Source of the DNA: an uncultured beta proteobacterium
GTDB lineage: Bacteria > Pseudomonadota > Gammaproteobacteria > Burkholderiales > Casimicrobiaceae
Reading direction: 5' to 3'
Assembly (NCBI GenBank): GCA_963739745.1
Contig: CAVUCJ010000010.1
Span: 35,983 to 99,982, forward strand
DNA length: 64,000 nucleotides
Below the pieces are notes generated by a model. That model did not search any database and had not been told where the DNA came from. It was given only the letters and a program-made list of their open reading frames with translations. Position numbers and translations under genes: made by a program. This document shows positions 1 through 9,702 of this stretch, piece after piece; positions within the stretch are counted from its first letter, which is position 1, and the number at the start of each line of letters is the position of its first letter.

Positions 1-201
1 GACGCTCGCGCCGTGCTGCGAGGCGCTGGGCATGCAACTTTCTCCGGGTTGCCGGGTCGTCGTCGAAGCCTGTTCGCTCCGGCCGGTGGGCGTGCTGGCG
101 TCGGATTGTCCGCCGGCGTCGATGCCGGCGGGCTACAACCCTTATTTTGATCTCCCCGCGGCCTGATCGGGGACAATACGATAAACCCTGGTGGCGCGCG
201 A

Positions 202-1095
202 ATGCGATTCAATCCTCAGGAAACGACCGGCAGCCGGTTCCGGCTTCGCTACTGCGTGGCGCTTCGTTACGAGCTTGGCGGACCCGCCGAGTTCCTTTTC
301 AACGTCCACGCCGCGAAAACCGCTCGGCAATCGGTGCAGGAAGAATCCTTTGTGGTCGATCCGCAGCACGAAGCCGTCGTCAGTACAGATCCGTTGACCG
401 GGACCCGGGTCGCCGCATTCCGCTCAGCCTCGCCGATCGTCGGCGTCCGTTACGAGGCCCTGGTCGACCTGCAACACCGCATCGTCGATCCTGCCGACAT
501 TGTCGCCGAAAGTCCGGCGTCGCTGCCGGTGTCCACGTTGTCCTTCCTCTATCCCAGCCGGTATTGCCAGGCCGATCTTGTTCAGAATCAGGCCTGGGCA
601 CGTTTCGGAACATTGCCGCGCGGATACGGACAAGTCGTCGCGGTGCGCGATTGGGTACGCGCGAACGTGGCATTTCGCGTCGGAACGTCACGCAGCACCA
701 CCACGGCGCTGGATACGCTGCGCGAAGGCGCGGGGGTCTGCCGCGACTTTGCGCACACGATGATCGCGTACTGCCGCGCACTCAACTATCCCGCGCGCAT
801 CGTCACCGGCGTCGACTACGGCGCAGATGCGGCGCTGGGGCCGCCCGACTTCCACGCCTATGTCGAAGTCTTCCTGGGCGGCGCTTGGTACGTCTTCGAT
901 CCGACCGGCATCTCGCCGGTCACCGGGCTGATCCGCATCGGCACTGGTCGAGACGCGGCCGACGTGTCGTTCGCGACGATCTTCGGGCCCGTGCGTACCA
1001 GCATGCCCACCGTTGCTTTCAGCGCCGTCGACGATCCTGCGTTCGGATTCGTGGCGCCCAGGGCGACCGAGCTTGCCGTCTCGACGGCGCATTGA
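202..1095 (+). CDS. Transglutaminase-like cysteine protease family protein
   Basis: GVCRDFAH (catalytic Cys), DFHAYVE and FDPT motifs; 297 aa. Confidence 0.85.
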   Translation: MRFNPQETTGSRFRLRYCVALRYELGGPAEFLFNVHAAKTARQSVQEESFVVDPQHEAVVSTDPLTGTRVAAFRSASPIVGVRYEALVDLQHRIVDPADIVAESPASLPVSTLSFLYPSRYCQADLVQNQAWARFGTLPRGYGQVVAVRDWVRANVAFRVGTSRSTTTALDTLREGAGVCRDFAHTMIAYCRALNYPARIVTGVDYGADAALGPPDFHAYVEVFLGGAWYVFDPTGISPVTGLIRIGTGRDAADVSFATIFGPVRTSMPTVAFSAVDDPAFGFVAPRATELAVSTAH

Positions 1096-1317
1096 GCGGA
1101 AAAGCGCGATATTGGAAGGACGGGACGGGTCGATTTTATCCCGCCCCAGTCGACAACTCGCCGACGGGACCCTTTCCATCGGATTCGCTGCTCTACGCCA
1201 GCAAACTCCCGCGGATATCGCGCTTCGCAACAGGTACCGAGTTCGCGGTTCGACCGGGATGGTGCCTACTGCTACGCAATGCGATCGGTATGAATCCTCC
1301 CATATTCCTACAGGCAT

Positions 1318-1333
1318 TTCGGACTTCGCCGAC
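1318..1333. promoter_or_regulatory. Palindromic operator copy TTCGGA-CTTC-GCCGAC
   Basis: 2 mismatches to GTMRGA-N4-TCYKAC; 105 bp upstream of the CHRD gene; extra half-site TTCCTACA at 1305-1312. Confidence 0.5.
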
Positions 1334-1437
1334 AGCCGCATAACTCGCCGTCCGCCATCCTTCCCATCATCTGGGCTACCCGAACGCAAAGCGTCGCGTA
1401 ATGGGAAGCGGCCTACTATCCTTTGAGGAGAGTCGAC

Positions 1438-1881
1438 ATGCAAGCGAGCTTCCGAAAGCCATCCTGGTCGCGGACTGCAGCGCGGACTGCGGTATGGGCC
1501 CTATTTCTGGGCATTCCGGCATTCGCCGCGTCCGGCGCCCTTGCGACCGAAGTCACGCTATCCGGTACCCAGGAAGTGCCGTCCGTCGACACGAAGGCCA
1601 CGGGTTCGGGACAGATCACGGTGGGCACTGACAAGAGCGTAAACGGCAACATCACCACGACGGGCATCGACGCGACGGCCGCACACATTCATGAAGCGCC
1701 GCCAGGCAAGAACGGCGGGGTCATCGTACCGCTGGTCAAGAGCGGGAGCGGGTGGGCCGTGCCTCCCGGGTCCAAGCTCACCGATGCGCAATACAAGGCG
1801 TACATGGATGGCAATCTCTATGTGAACGTGCATAGCGCCGCCCACAAGGGTGGCGAAATCCGGGGCCAACTCAAGCCCTGA
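1438..1881 (+). CDS. Secreted CHRD-domain protein
   Basis: Signal peptide; LSGTQEVP, AAHIH, LYVNVHS and GGEIRGQL motifs; GAGGAG RBS before ATG 1438. Confidence 0.9.
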   Translation: MQASFRKPSWSRTAARTAVWALFLGIPAFAASGALATEVTLSGTQEVPSVDTKATGSGQITVGTDKSVNGNITTTGIDATAAHIHEAPPGKNGGVIVPLVKSGSGWAVPPGSKLTDAQYKAYMDGNLYVNVHSAAHKGGEIRGQLKP

Positions 1882-1965
1882 CTCCGTCATGTTGGCAGGG
1901 GCCGCCGCGCGAAACGGGGGTGAATTCGTACGTCCCGCGTCCGCGAGCCCGAAAGGAGGATTCGC

Positions 1966-2574
1966 ATGGTGAAGACCGTCGTGGGTTCGTTCGACAGCGC
2001 GTTCGACGCCGTCCGCGCCTCGGAACTCCTGTTGGCCAATGGATTCCTTCGCAATGACATCAACGTCGTGGCCAGCAACGTGGTCCGACCGGTCGCCGGT
2101 TCGTCGGAGTCGACGGGCGCAACGGATGAGGCCAGCAGCGCGACCAGTGGAGCACTGGCCGGCGGCGCGCTCGGCGGTGCCGCCGGGCTGGCTGCCGGCC
2201 TCCTCGGACTGGCCATTCCCGGAATCGGCCCCATCCTGGCGGCGGGACCGATCGCCGCGGCGCTCGCCGGCGCCGGCGCCGGCGCAGTGGCCGGGGGACT
2301 GATCGGTGGACTCACCGAGCAGGGCGTCTCCGAAGTACACGCCGAGTACTACACGGAGGCGGTGCGGCGTGGCGGCGCGCTGGTCACAGTGAAGGTCGAC
2401 GAGTCCCGGACCGATGAAGCGCTTCGCATTCTTCGCAATGCCGGTGCGTTCGACATCGAGGATCGCGCGGTGCGATGGCGCAGCGAAGGGTGGACCGGAT
2501 ACAACCCCAATGCCGAGCCCTTCTCTTTCGAGGAGATTGACGAGAATCGCACGCGTTACCGGGCGGGTCCGTAG
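1966..2574 (+). CDS. YflT-like general stress protein with a Gly/Ala-rich membrane segment
   Basis: GIGPILAAGPIAAAL...GGLIGGL and AEYYTEAVRRGGALVTV pattern; AGGAGG RBS. Confidence 0.75.
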   Translation: MVKTVVGSFDSAFDAVRASELLLANGFLRNDINVVASNVVRPVAGSSESTGATDEASSATSGALAGGALGGAAGLAAGLLGLAIPGIGPILAAGPIAAALAGAGAGAVAGGLIGGLTEQGVSEVHAEYYTEAVRRGGALVTVKVDESRTDEALRILRNAGAFDIEDRAVRWRSEGWTGYNPNAEPFSFEEIDENRTRYRAGP

Positions 2575-2612
2575 TACGTGAGGCGCCGCATCAAGACTGC
2601 AAGGACGCTAGA

Positions 2613-3539
2613 ATGAAGCGAAGGCAAACCGGAAGACCGATCGATAGTCAGACCGAGACGGCCGTCGCCGACGTCGAGCCGCGGCCGCCATTTCCCAGGC
2701 AGCACCAGGACGGACCGGGCATCGAATCAAAGCTCCGGCCGCGCCCGCGTTTCGAGGCGGACCGCTATCGTCCTGCCGGCAAGTTGCACGGCAAAGTCGC
2801 GCTGGTGACCGGCGGAGACTCGGGAATCGGGCGGGCGGTGGCGATGATCTTCGCGCGCGAAGGTGCTGACGTCGCGATTTCGTTCCTTGCGAGCGAGCAA
2901 TCCGACGCCGAGGAAACTCGCTCGATCATAGAAGCGCAGGGACGTCGCTGCCTGCTGCTGGCAGGAGATCTCACCGACGCACACTACTGCCGCCACCTCG
3001 TCGAAGAAACCGTGTCCGAGCTGGGCAAGCTCGACATCCTGGTTTCCAATGCCGCGCATCAGAACCGCAAGGAATCGCTGGCGAACCTGACCGACGCCGA
3101 GCTTGTTCGCACGTTCGAGACGAACATCTACGCGTACGTTCGGCTCGCACGCGCCGCGCTTGACGTCATGGAAGCCGGCGGGGTAATCATCGCGACCAGC
3201 TCGGAAACCGGCATTCTCGGTTCGGCCAAGCTGCCTGACTACTCGGCGACCAAAGGGGCGGTCAACGCCTTCACCAAGGCTCTCGCGCAGAATGTCATCG
3301 AGCGGGGCATCCGCGTCAACGCGATCGCGCCCGGCCCGGTGTGGACGCCGCTCAATCCGTCCGACGCCGGACTGACGCCCGAGCGGGTCGCGCAATTCGG
3401 CGCCCACAGTCCGTTGGGCCGTCCCGCGCAGCCGGAGGAGCTCGCGCCCGCCTACGTATTTCTCGCATCCAACGCCGACTCATCATACATCACCGGTACG
3501 GTGCTGCAGGTGATGGGAGGTGAGACGAGCGGCGGGTGA
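2613..3539 (+). CDS. SDR family oxidoreductase (YdaD/YghA-like general stress dehydrogenase)
   Basis: TGGDSGIG, YSATK and IRVNAIAPGPVWTP motifs; N-terminal FPRQHQDGPG. Confidence 0.9.
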   Translation: MKRRQTGRPIDSQTETAVADVEPRPPFPRQHQDGPGIESKLRPRPRFEADRYRPAGKLHGKVALVTGGDSGIGRAVAMIFAREGADVAISFLASEQSDAEETRSIIEAQGRRCLLLAGDLTDAHYCRHLVEETVSELGKLDILVSNAAHQNRKESLANLTDAELVRTFETNIYAYVRLARAALDVMEAGGVIIATSSETGILGSAKLPDYSATKGAVNAFTKALAQNVIERGIRVNAIAPGPVWTPLNPSDAGLTPERVAQFGAHSPLGRPAQPEELAPAYVFLASNADSSYITGTVLQVMGGETSGG

Positions 3540-3543
3540 TCCC

Positions 3544-3738
3544 ATGCTCGTCTGTCCCGTCGACATGGAGTCTTGTGAACGATCCGTCTGTCGTGCCGGC
3601 CGGTGCCAAACGTCAGCGGCGCCGCCGCTTCTGATCTGCTGGGACTGCGGAACGCTCGAAACTGACGGCGTCGTGCATGGACTATGCGCTGGATGCCTGC
3701 GGGCGTACACGCCGCTCGCGATGGAACGTCCGAGCTGA
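3544..3738 (+). CDS. Small Cys-rich putative zinc-binding protein (64 aa)
   Basis: Fills the SDR-ku gap almost exactly (4 nt and 5 nt gaps); 8 Cys including CWDC and CAGC. Confidence 0.55.
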   Translation: MLVCPVDMESCERSVCRAGRCQTSAAPPLLICWDCGTLETDGVVHGLCAGCLRAYTPLAMERPS

Positions 3739-3743
3739 CAATC

Positions 3744-4685
3744 ATGGCGCGCTCGTTATGGAAAGGGGCGATCAGTTTCGGCCTGGTGAACATGCCGGTG
3801 GAACTCTATCCCGCCGAGAACCGCAAATCATTCCGGTTTTCGATGCTCGACAAGCGCGATTTCTCGCCGGTGGGATACAAACGCTATAGCAAGGTGTCGG
3901 GCAAGGAAGTCGATTGGTCGAACGTCGTCAAGGGCTATGAGTACGCGAAGGATCGGTACGTGGTGCTGTCCGACGAGGACTTTCGACGTGCCAACGCCAA
4001 GGCCACTCAGACGATCGAAATCCGTTCCTTCGTGGCCTGCGGCGAGATTCCCGTCCAGTACTTTGAAACACCGTACTACCTCGCACCTGCCATTCGCGGC
4101 GCGAAGGTCTATGCGTTGCTGAGGGAGACGCTCAGGAGCACCGGGCGTGCCGCGGTGGCCGAGGTAGTGATCCGCACCGTCCCGCATTTGGCTGCCGTGG
4201 TGGTCGAGGACCACGCGCTCATGCTGGTCACGCTGCGCTATCCGGATGAGCTCCGCGCCGCAAGCGGTCTCGAGCTGCCTCCGGCTGGCCTCAAGAAATC
4301 TGGCGTAAGCGCCAAGGAGGTCGCGCTCGCCAAACGTCTGGTGGAAGACATGACCGAGCCGTGGACCCCTTCCGAATACAGGGATACGTATCACGACGAC
4401 CTCATGGCGCGCATCAAGCAGAAGGTCAAGGGTGGCCAGACGCACGAAATCACCAAGCCGGGCGCGGAGGAGGAGGCGCCCAAGCGTTCCGCGAAAATCG
4501 TCGATCTCGCGGCGCTGTTGCGCCAGAGTCTCGGCGACGGTGGCGCCGCGCCGCGCAAAGGACGCAGGCGCGCGGCGGGCGCGACCCCGCGCGGCAAGCC
4601 CAACTTGCGGGTCGTGTCACGGACGCCGGCGGCACGACAGGAACACAAGACTGCGAAGGCTGCCGCGCATCGCAAGCGCGCGTAG
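3744..4685 (+). CDS. ku: NHEJ DNA end-binding protein Ku
   Basis: MARSLWKGAISFGLVNMPVELY and YFETPYYLAP motifs; basic C-terminal tail. Confidence 0.95.
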   Translation: MARSLWKGAISFGLVNMPVELYPAENRKSFRFSMLDKRDFSPVGYKRYSKVSGKEVDWSNVVKGYEYAKDRYVVLSDEDFRRANAKATQTIEIRSFVACGEIPVQYFETPYYLAPAIRGAKVYALLRETLRSTGRAAVAEVVIRTVPHLAAVVVEDHALMLVTLRYPDELRAASGLELPPAGLKKSGVSAKEVALAKRLVEDMTEPWTPSEYRDTYHDDLMARIKQKVKGGQTHEITKPGAEEEAPKRSAKIVDLAALLRQSLGDGGAAPRKGRRRAAGATPRGKPNLRVVSRTPAARQEHKTAKAAAHRKRA

Positions 4686-4703
4686 AGTGCCACCCGCCGG
4701 CTC

Positions 4704-7385
4704 GTGATGTCGCTCACCACCTACCGATCGAAGCGCGATTTTCACCGGACGCCGGAACCGCGGGGCATCGAGCGCGCCGGTCGCGCCACGCGCGGGTCGT
4801 TCGTCGTGCAAATGCATGCGGCGCGTCAACTCCACTACGACTTCCGGCTGGAGCATGACGGCGTGCTTTGGAGCTGGGCCATCCCGAAGGGGCCGAGCCT
4901 CGATCCGGCGGACAAGCGGCTGGCGATCCACGTCGAAGATCACCCGCTCGAGTACGGAGCCTTCGAAGGCATCATACCCAAGGGTGAGTACGGCGGTGGA
5001 GCGGTGCTCATCTGGGACCGCGGAACCTGGTCGCCGCGGGGTGATGCCGCCGAAGGTTACGCGAAGGGTCACCTCGCATTCACGCTCGACGGAGAAAAGC
5101 TCAAGGGAGGCTTCGCGCTGGTGCGCACACGCGGCAGTAGCTACGGGAGCAGGCCGGGTAAGGAGACCTGGCTGCTCATCAAGGAAAGTGACGCCGATGC
5201 GCGGCGCGGCGGCGGCGCGATTGTCGACGACGCTCCCGACAGCGTGGCGAGCGCCCGCAGCATCGACGAGATCTCACGCTCGCGCGGCCGGGCGCCGCGT
5301 ACGCCGTCCGCCACCAAGGCTGCGACGTCAGCGCCTGCCGCCAAGTCGGTGAAGGCCGCGAAGCCAACGAAGGAAGACGCTCGCGCTGTGCAGCGTCCAG
5401 CGACGCGTCGTGAGACCAGCGCCAGGGCGGCTGAAATAGCGGCCGGCGGTGTCAGGACGCCGATGCCGCGGGCATTGCAGCCAATGCTCGCCACGCTGGT
5501 CAAGGACGCGCCGGCCGGCGATGACTGGGTGCATGAAATCAAGTACGACGGCTACCGGATGTTGGCCCGCGTCGAGTTTGGCCGGGCGCGACTTTATTCA
5601 CGCAACGGCAAGGACTGGACGAAGGTATTGGCCGGCGTGGTGCACGACCTCGCGCATCTGCCAGTCCGCAACGCGTGGATCGACGGCGAGGTGGTCGTGC
5701 AGGATTCCGATGGCCGTACCCGCTTCCAGGCGCTGCAAAATGCGCTCGGCGGGGATTCCACGAAGGAAATCTCGTATCTCACGTTCGACCTTCCCTATTG
5801 CGACGATCACGATCTGCGCAGCGTGGCGTTGGTCGAACGAAGGCAACGGCTGCGCGAATTGGTGGGCTCCGGTGTCGGTCGAATACGCATCAGTCCGGAG
5901 GTGCAGGGCAGCGGCCGCGAATTCCTTCGGCAGGCCTGTGCGTTGCACCTGGAAGGGGCCATGGCAAAAAAAGCGTCGTCCCGGTACGCCTCGGGAAAGC
6001 GCTCGCGCGACTGGCTGAAGATCAAGTGCGTGCAGCGCCAGGAGATGGTCATCGGCGGGTACACCGACCCACAGGGTTCGCGTACCGGCTTCGGCGCGCT
6101 GCTGCTCGGCGTGTACGACAAGGGCACACTTCGATATTCGGGCAAGGTTGGCACGGGATTCAACGAAGCGACGCTCCGCGAGCTGGCGCCCGAGTTGGCC
6201 AGGCGCCGGCAGAAGACCACAGCTTTTGCGAACCCGCCGCGCGGCTACGAGGCAAAGGGCGCACACTGGATCACGCCCGAGCTCGTCGCGGAGGTAACGT
6301 TCACCGAATGGAGCGACGATGGTGCTTTGCGCCATCCTTCATTCCAGGGACTTCGTCCCGACAAGGATCCCAGGCAGGTCACGCGCGAGAGACCCATGCC
6401 GACAACTCCCAAGCGCAGACCCACCGTCGCCGCATCTCGCGCGCCCGGTGGATCGACGACCGTGAGCGGCCGCAGGACCGCTGGCGGTGCCGGAGTTGCC
6501 GACACCGTGGCAGGCGTTACGCTGTCGCATCCGGACAAGGTCTACTTTCCCGAAGCTGGCATTACCAAGCGCGAACTCGCTGCCTACTATGCCGCAGTGG
6601 CGCCCTTGCTCGTCCCGCATATCGAGCGACGACCGTTGAGCCTGGTACGTTGCCCGGACGGATGGCAGGGTCAATGCTTCTACCAGAAGCACAGCGATCG
6701 CAGCGTGCATGCGGCGGTGGCCCGAGTCGAGGTTCCGGTAGCGAGTCGCTCGGCAACGTACTTTGCCGCCAACTCCGCTGCTGCGATCGCGGGGCTCGTT
6801 CAGTGGGGTGTCATCGAACTGCATCCCTGGGCGTCGCGCGCGCCGCGCTTCGACCGGCCCGACCGGATCATCTTCGATTTCGATCCCGATCAGGATCTGC
6901 CGTGGCGCGACCTTGCCGTCGGCGTCGAGCTGCTCCACTCGCTGCTCGGCGAACTCGGATTGACCGGCTTCCTCAAGACTACTGGCGGCAAGGGTCTGCA
7001 CGTGGTGCTGCCAGTCCGGGCGACGATGTCGTGGGACGAGGCCAAGTCGTTTGCCCGGGGTGTAGCCGATTTCCTGGTACGTACGTTTCCAGAGCGCTTC
7101 ACGGCCAAGCTAACCAAGGACCGGCGCAAGGGGCGAATCTTCATAGACTACCTGCGCAATGCGCAGGGGGCCACGGCCGTTGCCCCGTACGTGGTACGCG
7201 CTCGGGCGAATGCGCCGGTGGCCACGCCGATCGCATGGAGCGAACTCGACCGGGACGTGCGCTTCGCATTTTTCAACCTGCGCAACGTACCCGCGCGCCT
7301 TGCCCGCCTTCGATCCGATCCCTGGGCGGAATTCTTTGCCACGCGACAGTCGGTTACTACGTCGATCCGCAAACGCTTCAACTGA
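4704..7385 (+). CDS. ligD: DNA ligase D (phosphoesterase-ligase-polymerase order)
   Basis: FVVQMHAARQLHYDFRLE (PE), EIKYDGYR (ligase KxDG), HPDKVYFP and DYLRNAQGAT (polymerase). Confidence 0.95.
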   Translation: MMSLTTYRSKRDFHRTPEPRGIERAGRATRGSFVVQMHAARQLHYDFRLEHDGVLWSWAIPKGPSLDPADKRLAIHVEDHPLEYGAFEGIIPKGEYGGGAVLIWDRGTWSPRGDAAEGYAKGHLAFTLDGEKLKGGFALVRTRGSSYGSRPGKETWLLIKESDADARRGGGAIVDDAPDSVASARSIDEISRSRGRAPRTPSATKAATSAPAAKSVKAAKPTKEDARAVQRPATRRETSARAAEIAAGGVRTPMPRALQPMLATLVKDAPAGDDWVHEIKYDGYRMLARVEFGRARLYSRNGKDWTKVLAGVVHDLAHLPVRNAWIDGEVVVQDSDGRTRFQALQNALGGDSTKEISYLTFDLPYCDDHDLRSVALVERRQRLRELVGSGVGRIRISPEVQGSGREFLRQACALHLEGAMAKKASSRYASGKRSRDWLKIKCVQRQEMVIGGYTDPQGSRTGFGALLLGVYDKGTLRYSGKVGTGFNEATLRELAPELARRRQKTTAFANPPRGYEAKGAHWITPELVAEVTFTEWSDDGALRHPSFQGLRPDKDPRQVTRERPMPTTPKRRPTVAASRAPGGSTTVSGRRTAGGAGVADTVAGVTLSHPDKVYFPEAGITKRELAAYYAAVAPLLVPHIERRPLSLVRCPDGWQGQCFYQKHSDRSVHAAVARVEVPVASRSATYFAANSAAAIAGLVQWGVIELHPWASRAPRFDRPDRIIFDFDPDQDLPWRDLAVGVELLHSLLGELGLTGFLKTTGGKGLHVVLPVRATMSWDEAKSFARGVADFLVRTFPERFTAKLTKDRRKGRIFIDYLRNAQGATAVAPYVVRARANAPVATPIAWSELDRDVRFAFFNLRNVPARLARLRSDPWAEFFATRQSVTTSIRKRFN

Positions 7386-7386
7386 T

Positions 7387-7548
7387 ATGCAGGACCTGAT
7401 CACCTGGGAGCCAGAACGTCACAAATGCGCTCCGTGCCGCCGTACAGTCGAGGTGGCACCGATTCGTATAGCGGCGCAACCTGCGCAATGCATAACGGCG
7501 GGTCCTGTCGAGTGTATCGCGTCTGTATGTCGAGCCCGAGTTCCATGA
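7387..7548 (+). CDS. Possible small Cys-containing protein (53 aa)
   Basis: ATG 1 nt after the ligD stop; HKCAPC plus three further Cys; no clear RBS. Confidence 0.25.
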   Translation: MQDLITWEPERHKCAPCRRTVEVAPIRIAAQPAQCITAGPVECIASVCRARVP

Positions 7549-7633
7549 TGATCTCCGTATTGCAGTTAAGCATCGACTGCAGTGGGCGCCAATCAGCCGC
7601 GCTCGCAATCTGACGTGCGGCGGCAGCCTACGG

Positions 7634-7649
7634 AGGCACGCTGTCTGCA
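7634..7649 (+). promoter_or_regulatory. Candidate sigma54 -24/-12 promoter AGGCACGCTGTCTGCA
   Basis: GG-N10-GC with GGCACG core, about 120 bp upstream of TopIB. Confidence 0.5.
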
Positions 7650-7769
7650 CATACCTGGATCTCCTCATGTTTGGGTGTTCGCCTACATGCAATTGCGCTC
7701 GTCGCCGACGGCCATGCGAGCTTGCAGCAGATAGAGTTTTCTGTGTCCACCGACCGTGTGCGCAGATAG

Positions 7770-9005
7770 ATGTCACTACAGCCATCCTCTTTCCCAGATG
7801 CGCCGCACCTGCCGTTGAGGACCCGCATGGATCGCGGCGAGACCGGCGTCGCGAAGGCGCGCTCCGCTGGAAGGCATCTGCGGCGGATGGGGCAGCGAGA
7901 CGAACGTCGGCGCACCGGGCGCAACGAGCCAAATTCGGGTCGGGCAGAGCTGAAGTATGTCTCGGGCGACGCGCCGGGCTTTCGCCGCCGGCGCCAGGGC
8001 AAGGATTTCGTCTACCTGACGGCCGCCGGTCGCCCGGTGACGGATGCAACAGTGCTTGATCGTATCCGTAGACTCGCCATTCCGCCTGCCTACGAAGACG
8101 TCTGGATCTGCAGCAGCCCTAATGGCCACCTGCAGGCGACGGGTCGCGACGCTCGCGGGCGGAAACAATACCGATACCACGCGCAATGGCGCCTGGCGCG
8201 TGATGGCGCGAAGTTCGAACGCATGGCTGCGTTTGGCGCGGCGCTGCCCCGCTTACGGCGCCGGATTCGCCGCGACCTCGCCGCTCCTGGCATGACTCGG
8301 GAGAAAATTATCGCCGCGGTGGTAAGCCTTCTGGACGCGACGCTGGTACGCGTCGGCAACGACGAGTACGCCCGAAGCAACGGCAGTTTCGGCCTAACGA
8401 CGCTGCGCAATCGGCATGTCCGGTTTGCGGCAGGGGGCGCGCTACGCCTCGCGTTTCGCGGCAAAAGGGGAGTCGCACACGAAATCGCCATCGGCAACCG
8501 CCGGCTCGCGGCGATCGTTCGCCATTGTCATCAGCTGCCCGGCCAACGCCTGTTCCAGTTCATTGACGGCTCGGGCTTGACGCGCCCGGTCAACTCGGAC
8601 CAGGTCAATGAGTACCTGCGCGAAGCCATGGGAGCTGATTTCACGGCGAAGGACTTCCGAACGTGGGGGGCGACGGCGCGCTGTGCCGAGTTGCTCGGAC
8701 GCACGCCACTTCCCGAGCGGCGCAGTGAGCGTGCCCTCAAAGCGTGCGAGACCGAGGTCGTGCGAAGGGTGGCCAGCGAATTGCGCAACACGCCTGCCGT
8801 TTGCCGTAAGTCGTACATCAACCCGGTTGCCTTTCACTGCTGGAGGTCCGGTCATTTGCACACAGTGGTGGCTGCCGTCGCGAGCGGCAACGGGCGCAGA
8901 AGCGAACGCATCACGCTGGCAATGTTGCGATCGGTCAGGTTGCGGCTGCAGGCCGGGAAACGCTCACCAGTCTGGGAGACGACGTCCGGGAGCAGCCGCG
9001 GCTGA
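7770..9005 (+). CDS. Bacterial (poxvirus-like) DNA topoisomerase IB
   Basis: GRKQYRYH, KDFRTWG and CRKSYINP (catalytic Tyr) motifs; start codon uncertain. Confidence 0.92.
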   Translation: MSLQPSSFPDAPHLPLRTRMDRGETGVAKARSAGRHLRRMGQRDERRRTGRNEPNSGRAELKYVSGDAPGFRRRRQGKDFVYLTAAGRPVTDATVLDRIRRLAIPPAYEDVWICSSPNGHLQATGRDARGRKQYRYHAQWRLARDGAKFERMAAFGAALPRLRRRIRRDLAAPGMTREKIIAAVVSLLDATLVRVGNDEYARSNGSFGLTTLRNRHVRFAAGGALRLAFRGKRGVAHEIAIGNRRLAAIVRHCHQLPGQRLFQFIDGSGLTRPVNSDQVNEYLREAMGADFTAKDFRTWGATARCAELLGRTPLPERRSERALKACETEVVRRVASELRNTPAVCRKSYINPVAFHCWRSGHLHTVVAAVASGNGRRSERITLAMLRSVRLRLQAGKRSPVWETTSGSSRG

Positions 9006-9021
9006 TCTCTTCGCTATTCGG

Positions 9022-9264
9022 ATGCCCATCTGGGAGATCGTGCTTCGGGGAAGCGTCATCTACCTCTTCCTCTTCGCTCTGTTTCGTTTTGTTGTACGGC
9101 GCGACGTCGGCAGGATTGGCATCGCGGATTTGCTGGCGTGGGTACTCGCTTCCAATGCCGCCCAGAATGCCATGGCCGGGGATTACCGCACGGTGCGGCG
9201 ACGTCGCGGCGAACGCCGGCGATTTTGCTCGATGCGTGTCGGAACTTGGCCGACGAGAAATTAG
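9022..9264 (+). pseudogene. 3'-truncated DUF421 (YetF-like) membrane protein fragment
   Basis: MPIWEIVLRGSVIYLFLFALFRFVVRRDVGRIGIADLL...SNAAQNAMAGDY, then homology is lost. Confidence 0.65.
9238..9254. promoter_or_regulatory. Palindromic operator variant with N5 spacer, GTCGGA-ACTTG-GCCGAC
   Basis: 111 bp upstream of DUF6496; TACATT hexamer starts 61 bp from the distal edge. Confidence 0.5.
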
Positions 9265-9364
9265 GATCCTCACCTCTGGAGCGCGGCGTATGGATCGTTA
9301 CATTCTCAAACTGGGTCGCCCATTTAGGTCGACACCCATCCAAGTCCATTTCTTCGGAGGCAAC

Positions 9365-9538
9365 ATGGCTGCATACGGAAAGGCTGCGCAATCCAAGGTC
9401 AAGAAGGTGATGGAGGAAAAGAAACGTGGAACGCTTCGCAGTGGAAGCGGCAAGAAGGTCACCAGCCGCAAGCAGGCAATTGCCATTGGTCTTTCGGAAG
9501 CGCGCAAGGCAGGTGCCAAGGTCCCCAATCAAAAGTGA
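9365..9538 (+). CDS. DUF6496-type small basic protein (57 aa)
   Basis: KVKKVMEEKKRGTLRSGSGKKVTSRKQAIAIGLSEAR; GGAGG RBS. Confidence 0.85.
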   Translation: MAAYGKAAQSKVKKVMEEKKRGTLRSGSGKKVTSRKQAIAIGLSEARKAGAKVPNQK

Positions 9539-9702
9539 CGACGAAAAGACCTGGCGCAAAGGTGCCATAACAGACGCCTTGCGCCACCGGCGAACGGGGG
9601 CGGCCGATTCAACCCCTCCCTGTGCTCGCAGGAGGTACAGCGGCCATCGAGCTTCTTGCGAGACAAGGAGGATGAGGTAGGAAATAATCAGGTTGCCGTG
9701 GC

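Noticed and set aside
1-33. Possible minus-strand gene start (GGAGA RBS, ATG at 33) running off the window
   Set aside because: Only 11 codons are visible, so it cannot be supported.
1233-1246. GG-N10-GC element AGGTACCGAGTTCGC
   Set aside because: Too far from the sigma54 consensus for a GC-rich background.
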